Origin: Amoebophrya sp. A120
Lineage: Eukaryota; Protista; Dinoflagellata
Direction: 5' to 3'
DNA: 64,000 nt
Assembly: GCA_905178155.1 (NCBI GenBank)
Contig: CAJINV010000008.1
Coordinates: 1,178,001-1,242,000 of the forward strand
The notes below the pieces were generated by a model. The model saw only the letters and a list, made by a program, of their open reading frames with translations, made no database searches and was not told where the DNA came from. Position numbers and translations under genes: made by a program. Positions within the stretch are counted from its first letter, which is position 1. Each line of letters starts with the position of its first letter. Of the stretch, positions 12,380-24,000 are shown piece by piece.

Positions 12380-13212
12380 GATTGTCTTCCGGAAAAGACA
12401 GTGCGTATGCGCATCACGAGAGCTGATTGAAACTTTCCCATGGAACAGCATGGTGAAATCACGCGACAATATTCTTCTTGAAGTGCTGCTGTAATGTTAT
12501 CTCCAAGAGAGATGTTGTGGACGGAGCCAGAAACAAAGCAATGCCCAAGATTTTTCAATCATTTGATTCCGTCGACGAAGCGCTGCGACGAGCACAGAAT
12601 CACTCCAGTAGTAGTGTTCTTCAATCGGCTTCGACGTGAATGCGATGTGTAGGATCGGGTCGTCTCTGATTGTTGTTCTGGTCCAGCTCGAGATTCAATC
12701 GGGAAGAACTCATCTACTCGCTTGTTTCTCTATTTTTCGGCTGACATAAAGCAAAAAAGTACGATTACAACTACAACCAAGAAGGTTCGCTTCACCTTGG
12801 CACATGGCCTTGGCCCCACGTGCAGTAAAGAGAATCCTCCAGGTCCTTGTGAATATTCGTGGTGATCGTCAATCTATCGTAATATCGTCATCGTGGTTCT
12901 TGGTGCTTTCGTGGTTCGAAAAAAGATGAAAATCAAAATTCATTTTCGGGTCGTTGATGTTGCAATACGATGTTGTAGTTCTGCCACCGGGTCCGAGCTA
13001 GACCTAGAGTAACGGTTCGCTTATATTTTCTCGTCCAGATGATGATGCAGTCGCTTCCACATCTGGCGGCCCAGGAGCAACAAAATTGAAATTATATCTT
13101 GTCAGTGAACGAGTACTAGGTAGGGGATTTGGATTTTTTTCAAAAAGTGAAAGATGACTGTGTTTCAGTTTCTGTTTGCTTCTTCTTCATTTATTTGTGT
13201 CAAGTGACGACA

Positions 13213-16200
13213 ATGACGTTGAACTACAAACTGGATTTCAGCATTGGGTCCGTGACCTCTGCAGGATCATCTTCTACCCGTCAAGGTAAAAACCAAGAAG
13301 ATTCAGATGTCCGTATCGAGAAGGCTTCTCAAATCTCTTTCAAACCTTTCGCCGCTCTGCCCACGGCAGCTCCCTTCCAGTTCTATCCGGGCGAGCGTGG
13401 TGGCGACAGTTCGACGTCAGCATACTACGCCTCGGGTTATGGATTCGACTTTGACAACTATGGAGCTGCCCCGCCCCAGATTCCGGACGATTCCTCGTCA
13501 TCCAGTGACAGTTTTTATGGTGGTGCGGAGACCGCCTTTAACTACTACGCCCGGCGGGCGGCCAACAGCGACACGGTCTTGCGCCCGCCCCCGATTCCCA
13601 TGCCGAACCACCCCTCAAAGGCGAATCCCTTCATCGTGGGGAGCTCCGGGCGCAGCAGTGGCTTGGAGGACGATTTCCTGTACGACGACTTCCACCTGAT
13701 GCAGCTGCAGAGGAAGGCGAAAACGTTGCAGAACGGTATCGCGCAAGTGCTGTTGTGCCTGAAGACCATTTCGGCGCTGCGGCCCATGGTTCCGCGACTG
13801 GTGAAACAGGAGCTGTTGAGCATCACGGGCGAACCGAAGAAGAAACCCACAGACAAGAACCCGGAGGGGTTCGGGGACCCACTGACAGACGCCTTTCTGG
13901 AGCGGATGGAGCGCGACACGAAACGGGTCCTGGACGAGGACGACTTTTGCACCGCACTGATGCGGCTGAAAGTGATCGCGGAGGTCCAGAACCCGGACCT
14001 GTCGGGCGACGCGCCGGAGACCCGGGAGATGACGGTGATGCAGCGCCGCGAGCACGCGAAGGTGTTCTTGCAGTTCTGGCGGATCGACCTGGCCGTGATC
14101 TCGATTCTGGAAGAGCGGTTCGTGAACCTGAAAGATCTGCTGCGCGCCGAAACCCGGTACGCGGCCCGGTGCGCCGAGGAGAAGCGCGAGTTGCACAAAC
14201 TGCGCGAGAACAACGGCCCGAACTTCTCGAACAACCCGAACACGCTCACACACGACGCGTTCCTGCACGGCGCCATCTCCAGCGGCTCCCGCCGCCCGTT
14301 CTCCATCGTCGGCCACTCGTTCAAGCTCGCGCACCGGATAAGCCAGAAAACGGACCTGCTCCGCACGCTGCACGAGCTGCGGCAGCGCAATCAGGAGCTG
14401 GCCCACACGTTCGTGGACATCGAGATGCGCACCCGTCAGGTCCGCCAGCGGTGCGCGCAGATTCTGCAGGACCGGAGCGAACGGCAGCGCAGGTACCTAA
14501 CGCGCGGCGACTACGACAAGTCGCAGAGCGAGTTGTCGGCGCTGACGAAGCAGCGGAAGTTGCTGCAGATGTTGGTGGACCTGCAGGAGGAACTGCGGAA
14601 CTGCCGCAACGAGTACTTCGAGCGGGAGCGCAACCTGCCGCAGAACGTGAAGAACCAGTCGGGGATGATGCGCAACGACGGCATCGAGGACCGGCTCCTG
14701 CGGGCCGGCGGCTCTCCCGCGGACAGCTCGCAAGTGGTGGCGCTGGGCCAGCTGCTCCAGCGCCGCTTCAGCGACTACTACAACACGGTGAACGACCAGG
14801 ACAACACCGGCATCGACCTGATCGAGCGGCAGCATCTGACCAAGCAGTTGGAGGACGACCCCATGGGGCGGCTGCTGATCCGCCCGCTGCCCGACAAGAA
14901 AGACGAGCTGGAGAGGGAGCTGGAGGAGCTCGGGTACATGAAGAAGCAAATGGAGGACTACATGTTGGGCAACCTGAAGACCGGCCCAGAGCTCAACGCG
15001 CTCATGGACGCCCTCGACGACAAGATTCAAGCCGTCAACGAGCGGCTCGGCTTCCTCGCCAAACCGAGCAAGGCGCGGCTCAACGAGGACATGGTCTGGT
15101 CTCCCTACGGATTCGGCCCGCGCGACTTCGTGGATCTCGGAGTCACGAAAACACCTAAAGCGAAGGGGGGCGTGCTGCGCGAAATCGAGGCCATACAGTA
15201 CGGGGAATTTTTTCTTGATCATTTACATTTTTATTTCATAGGAAGAGTCCTCGTTGGCCCGTCCTGTTCCTTATTTGGTTTCTGTTGTTGTTGGCAGTAG
15301 TACCTTTTCGTGCATGATTATGACGATGGAACAAGATCTTCATCTTTAACAGTTACATTGTCATTGAATATTACCAGGGACGGCGCGCATATCATGGAGA
15401 AGCGGCCGGATGTGAAGGAGGCGAAGAAGAATTTGCGCGGCGAGTTGTTGGATGGAGACGAGGAACACTTTGACGCGGATCGGGATCCGTTGGGGCACCG
15501 CATATGAAAGTGCATAACTCCCCCTCCCCCTCATTTGTCATGCAAAACCCCAGATCCAAGTGCCTCCCTGTGGCACTGTTTGCATGACAGATTCCGGAAG
15601 CCCAAACAGTACTACACTAGGCGCATGAACTTGTCATGCACTTGCTCCATGTGTGCTGGTGTTTGTATTGCTGTTCATGCTAACAAATGAGGGGAAGGGG
15701 CAGGGGGAGTTGTGCACTGTCATACCGCCTGCACCTTGGGAAGAAGCCCATCCTGAACCGCAGCGGTATCTCCTCCGCTGAGTCCGTTTCGGACAGCTCG
15801 TCCACCGGTTCGAGCGACGAGGCCCGCAGCGGGACGCAAGCCTCGGCGCGAAGTAGCGCGGCGTCTGCGTCCCGCGGCGGGAGCAGTGCTACGTCCGCCT
15901 CCGGCGTGTCCGGCGTGTCGTCCAGCATGCGATCCAGCGGCAGCAGCATGGAGTCCTCCCGTGCGGGTGAAAGCAGCCGCGGCGACAGCAGCCGCCCAGA
16001 CAGCAGCCGCCCAGACAGCAGCCGCGCTGCCAGCACCCGCGCTGCTAGCAGCCGAGCGACTGGCGCGAAGCAAACGCGAGGGCAGTCCGGAGCATCGTCA
16101 AATTCCTCGTCTTCGAGTTCGGGCGGACCGGCATCCAGCATGCTCTCGTCCGCAAAGTCGTCGGTCCGGAAGTCGACGCAAAAGGCCTCGGCGCGAAGTA

Positions 16201-16577
16201 GTGGGAGCTCCTCGGCCGCTTCGTCGGGGGTGCCGTCGTCGGCCAGCAGCATCGACCAGTCGCAAGCGGCCTCGGCCGTGAGTCGGGGTAGCAGTAGGGT
16301 GGGTAGTGGAACGCGCGGTTCTACTTCGGCGCGGGGTAGCACCAGTCGGGGTGCCTCGTCGCGTCCCTCGACCACCCGGGCCTCCAAGGTGAAGTCTGCG
16401 ATGCGGTCCTCAGGTGCGTCGTCCGCTTCCGGCTCATCGGGCGCCAATTCCGGGGCCGCGGCGAGTTCCTTCTCCGGCGGTAACCGTAGCGAACAAAGTG
16501 GTGAAAGTGCTGGCAGCGGGAGTGGGAGCGGCAGTGGAAGTGGAAGTGGCAGCGGGAGTGGCACTGAGAGCAGTTAG
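13213..16577 (+). CDS. Hypothetical coiled-coil protein with Ser/Gly/Ala-rich low-complexity C-terminus
   Basis: ORFs 13129-15300, 15310-15507 and 15687-16577 are joined by GT-AG intron 15198-15377 and introner 15503-15724. Heptad-like E/R/L/Q-rich middle, poly-Ser and (GS)n tail. Start codon uncertain. Confidence 0.75.
15503..15724. mobile_element. Introner family D (222 bp)
   Basis: TATGAAAGTGCATAACTCCCCCTCCCCCTCATTTGT...ACAAATGAGGGGAAGGGGCAGGGGGAGTTGTGCACTGTCATA. Flanks ccgca/ccgcc. Removing 227 bp joins the two ORFs in frame. Confidence 0.9.
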
Positions 16578-17644
16578 AGTACTAGCGCGCTACTTCCTCC
16601 GTGTGCGTACGATCTTCAGTACAAAATGAAGGCAACAAGTGGCACTGAGGGTGCCAGTCAGTGTTATCCTCATCGATTTGGGTATGTTGTACATACTACA
16701 GTACAGCTAGTCGTGCTCCCCCCGATCCACTTCGTTATGTACACATAGGAGAAAGTAGAATACTTATCGCAGCTGTAGTGTCGACATTGGCTACCTTGTC
16801 ACAATTTGTGAACCGATCGTGCGAGGTCGGAGCTGATTCGCCGCAACATCTGCCGCCTTATCAAATCAACAAGTATCATTTCCATCCGACGAAGTTCCAT
16901 TAACAATCCCCTCTTATTTGTAGCTCCAGCGGATCCGCACGCCCTTCCTTTGAAGATTTTATGAAGATCCAGACAGAGTAGATGCTGATAGTAAACCAAT
17001 CAGATGGTTGCGCTCGGTACGTCGTCCGCGCATGTATCTGTGCCTTGATGCGCAAGACGATCACAATTAATTTCCGTCGCTGTACTACGCTTGTGGTCGG
17101 CAGACAGTACTTACAGAAAACATGATCATTCCTGTCAATGGCGTCTCCAATCGAACAATGAACTGAAGATTGATCATCGTCAACAAGTCGTGCATAATGA
17201 ATGTTGTAGCTCGTCGTCCTCGTGCGGGTCGTTCGAAGATCGGTTGTTGTCGTCTTAAATATATGATCAGGTGTCGCTGTCTCGTTGTTGTTTTCGAGAG
17301 AGAGATTATTTTCGTCGACGGCAATCTTAAATTTAATCGTTCATTCGTTTATCGTGGTGGTGTTGGTGCTTTGATTGTTTCGGAACGGCAAATGGAAAAG
17401 ATGATTTCTTTTCGTCGGTCCACTTGACATGGTGTGCACCATCATAATCACCACTCGCTACTTGTTCCTCGGTTACCATACTTCTACTAAGAGGAGCTGT
17501 AGTGTTTATTTTCTTCCGCATTGAAAACGCTGGTCGACCTCGTCATCGGCCGTAAACGGAGCGTGACGTAGTTGTCGTCGATTTCGAGATTTCCATGCCC
17601 ATCGTCATCTACAGGAAGAACAGGACGACCTCACCACCATCGAC

Positions 17645-18583
17645 ATGCAACGTCATCTGCCGGAGATCCGGTCGTTGCTGGAGCAAGGCACAAACAGTTT
17701 GCAGCCCGATGAGTATTTCTTTACTGCGCAGGGGCCTCCCGCTCCAGCTGTACCACCTGCTGGGCCGAAATCACGGCTAACCCGGGCCAAAGAGTTTCTC
17801 ACACCGAATTTTTTGAGCAAGAAAAACTCGTCCGCGGAGGAGATGAAGCCGATCCAGACCAAGGGCGTAGACGGTGTTGTCGAGCTCCCGGATTTACGGG
17901 AGGATGTTGGTGCAATGGAAGCTCCTGGTGGCGGTGGAGCTGCTGTGTCCTCTGAAGATGCCGATGTCCCTCCACACGGCGGTCCAGGCGAGGATGAGGA
18001 GGTCGAGGCAACGAGAAACACGGTTTACCGCGATCCGCTCACCTTCACGTGTCCCCGCGGATACAAATACTTGCGGGAGGTGCTGAAGCCGGAGCGACAT
18101 TTTGAGTGCGTGTTCGACAGCCTGGAGGAGTTTTCGAACAGGTACGCCGCGAGCAAAAGAAACACCCCGCCTCTCTGGGAGCCGCAGATCAGCCTCCCGA
18201 GCAGGGTGGAGGCCGAGCACACGAAGGGCTGTAGCTTTCTCACGGGCCACCGAATCAAAATGTGCTGGCCGTTGAAGACCGCCGCGAGTGCGGGGATGGC
18301 ACAGCAAAGTGATGACGGAAATGAGAGCGCCGCCGATGGACTACAACTTATGGCGTGCAACGTGGTGCCGGCGAAAGCCCAGCCCGCGGAGAAAATACTT
18401 GCCGAGCTGGCGGAACAAGAGTCGACTAGTCTGAAAGACAACTGGCAGGAAGGACAACGCACGAGGCGTAGCAGCACGCCCGCAATGGACCCGGAGGACG
18501 CGAAAGATGTTGAGGGAGAAGATGTTGACGACGTCGTGGTCACGGGTGCACCTCCTCCAAGCCAGCTTGTGGCTGAGAGTTGA
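17645..18583 (+). CDS. Hypothetical protein (312 aa; 5' end uncertain, frame continues past the TGA)
   Basis: ORF with a GC3-rich, Cys-containing core (FTCPRGY..FECVF..GCSF..MCWP) and acidic linkers. Confidence 0.6.
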   Translation: MQRHLPEIRSLLEQGTNSLQPDEYFFTAQGPPAPAVPPAGPKSRLTRAKEFLTPNFLSKKNSSAEEMKPIQTKGVDGVVELPDLREDVGAMEAPGGGGAAVSSEDADVPPHGGPGEDEEVEATRNTVYRDPLTFTCPRGYKYLREVLKPERHFECVFDSLEEFSNRYAASKRNTPPLWEPQISLPSRVEAEHTKGCSFLTGHRIKMCWPLKTAASAGMAQQSDDGNESAADGLQLMACNVVPAKAQPAEKILAELAEQESTSLKDNWQEGQRTRRSSTPAMDPEDAKDVEGEDVDDVVVTGAPPPSQLVAES

Positions 18584-18815
18584 AATGAGAGGTCGATGCA
18601 AGATTCTACAGATAGTGCTTCTCTTGGTGCTGCGACCGCTCAAGTCATATGTTCCGAGACCCAAGATAGCAAAATCTGCAAAATCTGGAAAAAAAATGGC
18701 TAACATACCAGAATCTAAACTGCACCCCCGGAACTAAACGCTTGGACCAAACGCGTAAACGTTTGGAAAGATCTCTAAACTTCTCAACTTTGCATACAAA
18801 AGTGAAAACGGTTCA

Positions 18816-18849
18816 AGGGTTTGGGTTTTGGGTCTAGGGTTTGGGGTTT
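18816..18849 (+). repeat. Degenerate telomere-like (T)nRGGG repeats
   Basis: agggtttgggttttgggtctagggtttggggttt: five G-runs resembling TTTAGGG. Confidence 0.6.
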
Positions 18850-18852
18850 CTT

Positions 18853-18910
18853 GTCGTCGGCCAGGGCAGCCGCCGCCGGCCGGCCGGCGGCGGCTGCCCT
18901 GGCCGACGAC
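18853..18910. repeat. Perfect 58-bp GC-rich palindrome
   Basis: gtcgtcggccagggcagccgccgccggccggccggcggcggctgccctggccgacgac equals its own reverse complement. Confidence 0.95.
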
Positions 18911-21085
18911 TCTCTTTTTCGCCGTTTTGCGCCCGCCCCCCTGTGTTTCCCCTTCCTCGATTCTTTTCCCCTCTGCCTCCTTTTGGTTGCTTCTCGCCAC
19001 CATCGCGGCCCCTCTCCTGTCGGCCAGTCTCCGACAACAAGAAAGCACAGACGGACTGCAATCCCAGCAAGGCTCGCGCCGTCGCGTTGATAGTTTAGAC
19101 CCGCGGGCGATCGTTTCGACGCCTATTCGTTTCGGTCTGAAAGTTTAGACGCAATCGTTTAGATTCTGGCATGTTAACCAAAAAAAATCATATGGTATTT
19201 AAATTTTGACGGTTGTGAGAGAGAAGGAAAAAAAGAAGGAGCGCGGTAAGTGCCCACGGCATGCGAAGCCTTGTCCTTGTGGGGCTCCGGGTTGCGCTCG
19301 TGTTTCGCTCGTCCTTTCGGAAACAAAACTCGCACGCCCATCGATGTGACAGAGCGAGCAAAACCGCAGAGGCAGTCGCGCGAACAAAACTCGGCGCCGC
19401 AGGCCGCCGCTCAAATTCCTGCACGCCGCCCGCCAAAATTCCGTTGCCCGGCGCCCGCCTGAAATTGACGCTGCCCGCCCCCCGGGCAAAATTTGACGCC
19501 GGGCGCCGCCAATTTTTCCGCAGCAAGCCTCAGGTCCCCGCTCCGCTGCGGAAAATTCAAAATGCAGCTTTGTGAACAAAATCGCGAAAACCGCCGGACC
19601 CACGAAAACCCATTGAAATCGCGATGAAAATCGGCGCGGAGCAATTTTGTTTTCGCTCGCGCCGCCTATTTTTCAGGTTTTCGCGATTTTGTTGCAGTAG
19701 TTTAGATTTTTTTTTCGCGATTTTTTTTTCGCGATTTTGTTTTCTAATTTTGTTTCGAAATTTTGTTTCGGGTTTTGTTTTTTATTTTGTTTCGAAATTT
19801 TGAAGCGGACTCTTTTGTCCCGATTTCCATGAGCAAAATTTGTTCGCGGACTCTCATGAAAATTTTGCTGTGAGTCTTCTGCGGCAAATTTCTTTCAGCT
19901 CGGCTGCGTTTCCAAAGCCCTTTTTTACGCTAAAATCCGGAGTAGTATTGAGATAGTGTTGCGGCTGTCCGGTTCGAGACGATGCTGCACAGGGTGGAGC
20001 ACGAGCAGCATATGCCCAACGGAGTCCGATGATCGAGAATGACTAGAGCCACACCAGGACGCTTGCGTGATTTCTTTTTTCGTTTTCCCAATTTTCCCGA
20101 TTTTGCTATCTTGGTTCTCCGGAACATATGACTCAAGAACCTGCAAAGGATGAAGTAGACAATAAAGCTGCATACGTCGAGCATACTGTCACGTTATAAA
20201 AAAAGACACAGGCAAGACCTGCACGATTGATTCGGTAGCGTGAAGATGATAAATCAATCATCTTTGCGAAGGTATTCGTATTCCTTCAATGGAATTGAAC
20301 CACGAAGTCAAATTTTAGTCAAGTCAATGTTGAACAACGTGTCTATGAAGGAAAAGCTGAAGCATGGCTCTCTCGTCGGTATCGTTCTGCTTCGCAACCG
20401 AATATCGGACTGGCTACATAGAGCAAAGGCGATCAATGTTGAACCAACTTCGGTATCGGTTTCCCATCGTGATTCTGACTTATCGGTTTGTTTCATCTGC
20501 AGCATCCGTATGAACCTCTATTGCTCCGGCGTATTATTTTATTCGTCCACAGTACCAACATTCAAAGGCAGACATTCCGATTCCAGTCGGTTTCGTATGT
20601 GTCGTACTACACAACCACCGGTGACATCGTGCAAAAATACTCCTCCATCGTCCTCGTGAATTCATCGTGGTTAGTGCCATCGGCATCATATCTCATATGA
20701 CAATGATACGTCTCCTTTAGTTCTGAGGGGAAAGCCGTATTTTTCCCTTCGTCACCAGGGTCATTCACATTAACGTATAGTATTCCCGATTCCCACTCCT
20801 TGACCTGGACTTCCCGTCTTCCCCGCGAACCCAATAAAACTCTAATTCAAGTTCCACTCTGAGGCGCATAATTCATAAGTTCAAAATCGCGAATCACGAT
20901 GATGTCCTCGAATAGTCGTGTAGGCCTTTTTTTTTCTGGACCAGAAAATCCCGAGCCAGAATCACAAAACATCTTCAACAAGAAAAAGCAGTGTCTCAAC
21001 ATCGTCGTCCGGGAAGATTCGCACCAGCAAGCACAACATCAAATAAAGGCGACACTTTTCAGTAAGACCACGGACGCGCGCGAAA

Positions 21086-24000
21086 ATGTCGTCCGGGCTG
21101 CTGGTGTTTAGCTTTTTTCCGACCGACGAGTTAACGTGTTTCTACGTGGGGTTCTCTTTTCTCTTCACGTTGATCGCGATCTTCATCATTGCTATGCAAA
21201 CGGTGGAGCAGTACACGCAAGTCTTATTTTTTGGAAAACGCGAGCACATGGATCAGTGGGCGGATCACGAAGAAGCCGATCCGCAACTGCATTTCATCCA
21301 CGGGAATCGCAATCAACATTGAACGAACGGCAAAGGGAGGAGCTAGACAAGGAAAACAATCAGCATGACACCGGTCGACCTTGTTGATGTAGGTGACAAG
21401 GATGATGAGCGTCCGTCCACCATCGAAGTTCTTTCTGACGCTTCTAGCTCGACAGGCCCTGGAACAACTAGAGCGCCGCCAAGGCCTCAGCCAACAGGTA
21501 TGGTCCTTCGGGACAGCACTTATCTGACCAACAGCGTGTCAAACGCGCTGCAGTCCAAAGTGTTGGCGCATTTTTCGAAAGTGCGGAAGAGGACGACGGG
21601 GACGTCGATGGAGGACATAGGCGACGGAGCTAGTGTATCACGAGAGCAAGACGCTGACAGTGACACTGTTATAGTAGACCAGGGAGTTTCATCATCGGAT
21701 GACGCCGTGTCGGCACGTCACAATTATGCACCTGCCGCTGCACCGCAGTCGCAGCTTCCAGAGCTGGATCTGCTTGGGGGTTGCTCGTCATCTTCTCGGG
21801 AAGAACAAGAAGCATCTTCTTTCCTGCCTCCGACGCTCTTGGTGGAAAGTAATGACACAGAAGACCACGGGCTGAAACGGAAAGCACAGCAGGAACAAAC
21901 AGGAGCGGGAGCTTTGGAGAAGGGTCCTTTTCTCTTTGTTCCTGAGGCACAGCGACGATTTAGCAGCCTGGTCGCAGATAATTGGGAAACTGTGCAACAA
22001 CTCCTAGATGCCGGTGCCACCGAGGACGAAATCGAGAAAGCTCTCAGGAGTATAGTTTAAGTCTTTTGTTTTTACTTAATTTCGGAGTTGATTTTGATAC
22101 ATGATATTCACCAGGCAGACGAACTCAAACATCATCAAGGAGCTTTGTTTGGCTTGGAGCAGATTGATTGCATTTGCCTTTTGCCTTTTTTCCAAATAAA
22201 AACGAAGACGGTGCTGACGATGCGTATCACTCAAAGATCAAGACCGAAAATCGAATTTGCAGTTGCTGCCACTCCCTCCGCTGCCCCAGCGACGCCGCCG
22301 AAGCCGATGGATACTGACGCGCAGCGGGATCTTCTTGCGCGCGTGAACATGATGTACAGTCCGCGCGGCAACAAGGAAAAAGATGCCGCAGCCGCAGCAA
22401 AGAGCAGTAGCTCCTCAACCAAAAATATACCTGCTACTGCCGCAGGAGCATCACAACGAGGCACGAATAACAGCGCCGCGAACCAGCAGAAATCGACTAC
22501 CCCGCATCCGTTTACCCCAAAAGACTTCCCACCAGATAAATTCGAGAATCTGAGTCGAACTAAAGTACAGTACACGCCGAACCCGCGGACTACAGGGGCC
22601 GGCGCAGCCGAGAAGTTGTATAATCCTCATGAAGACAGCGCCGGCGCGTCGATATTGAATCCCAACGCTTCATCGCTCGCGCAGTCAGAGGATTTGAACC
22701 CGAACGCATCAGGAGGCCCAGCAGGCGCCAAGCAATCGCCAGGTCTATTTCCACGAGGTAACGACCAAACTCGGCCGTCTGCTGCTTTGGAGGGCAGTCC
22801 CTTGTTGTCTCGCATGGACAACTCGGTGATGGGTGCTGGACAAGCAGGCGTCTCCATGGGACCGGGATTCGGTGGAGGACGTGCTACAACAACCGCGCCG
22901 GTGGTGCCACCAGGCGTCGCCGCCCCAGGCGGAGGTTCTGGTGCGGTGGGACCACAAGCTCAAGCTCAAGGTCAGCCTTTCAATATGACGAACAAACGAT
23001 TTAGCTCCATGGTCGTGGACAACTGGGACACCGTGCAATCTCTGATGCAAAACGGTGCCACCTTGGACGAAATAGAGGCCAGTCTGACCGGCGCGACAAA
23101 TCCGTCACTGCGCGGCCCGAACTACGCCGGGACGAGTGCAATTCCTGACACAAGCAAAACCCTTCTCGACAAAGCCGAACTCCGGGCCGGAGTGGCCGCT
23201 CCTCCCGGAGCGGACGGCTTTCCACCCGATCGCGGGTTCCAGACGGTGCAGGAAACGCCAAGGCGCCGATTTAGCAGCCTGGTCTTGGACCATTGGGACA
23301 AAGTACAGGAGTTGCTGAATCAGGGTGCTTCGGCGGAGGAGATCGAGCGCGTTTTGAACGAGGAGGATCGCAAAAAAGCCGCCGGGCTTGGGCTTGAACC
23401 AACGCCGGGAGCAGCCCTCAGTCCGCGTGCGGAATCCATGCCTGCTTCGTCTGCGCGGTCGCTCCGAGGAGCAGCAGAGCAGGCTCCCCAGCCAGCCGGC
23501 GCAGGAGCCCTGCCTCCCAGAAGGTTCAGCAGCATGGTGGTCGAAAAGTGGGCGGACGTCGAAGATATCTTCAAGAGAGGTGGCAACCTGCAGGACGTGC
23601 AGGATTACTTCAAGGAGCTTGAGCGAAAGGGGCTGTCCGGCCCAGTAGGGGCGCCGCCAGAGAGCTTACCGATGATGGAGGGAATCGGGGGCGCGGCACA
23701 GGTAAAGACCGCCTTGCTTTTTTATTCCCGCTTGGGCTTGTAAGTTGTGTATGTGTTCTCACTTTGAATTTTGTCGCAGTAAACTCGCAACACGTTTCTT
23801 TGATGCACTGTTCCTTTTTCATCTTCTGCTTCTGCAGCTGCACCAAGTGCACTTATAAACGAAGCATTTCTAGAGTTGTACAAAAAAAATTTCTATATCA
23901 ACTTGCAGAGTAGTTGTTGAAAAAAAAACCACATCAGGTGCCACAGGATGTTGGTCTCGGTGCGAGCTTTGGGTCCCCGCTCCAAGGTAGTCGCAGGCCT

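Larger units (their letters stand above)
18698..19179. mobile_element. Mutator-like (MULE) MITE, 482 bp, nested in the left arm of the 18645 element
   Basis: 23-bp TIR GGYTAACATRCCAGAATCTAAAC. 9-bp TSD AAAAAAAAT (18689-18697, 19180-19188). A 9-bp TSD with G...C termini is typical of MULEs. Confidence 0.8.
18645..20131. mobile_element. Non-autonomous TIR DNA element (1487 bp) with a nested MITE
   Basis: Left TCATATGTTCCGAGACCCAAGATAGCAAAATC vs reverse complement of right end TCATATGTTCCGGAGAACCAAGATAGCAAAATC. Flanking direct repeat ctcaag (18639-18644, 20132-20137). No transposase ORF seen. Confidence 0.85.

Noticed and set aside
18816-18849. Chromosome end or telomere
   Set aside because: Only five degenerate units, internal to a TIR element, with genes on both sides.
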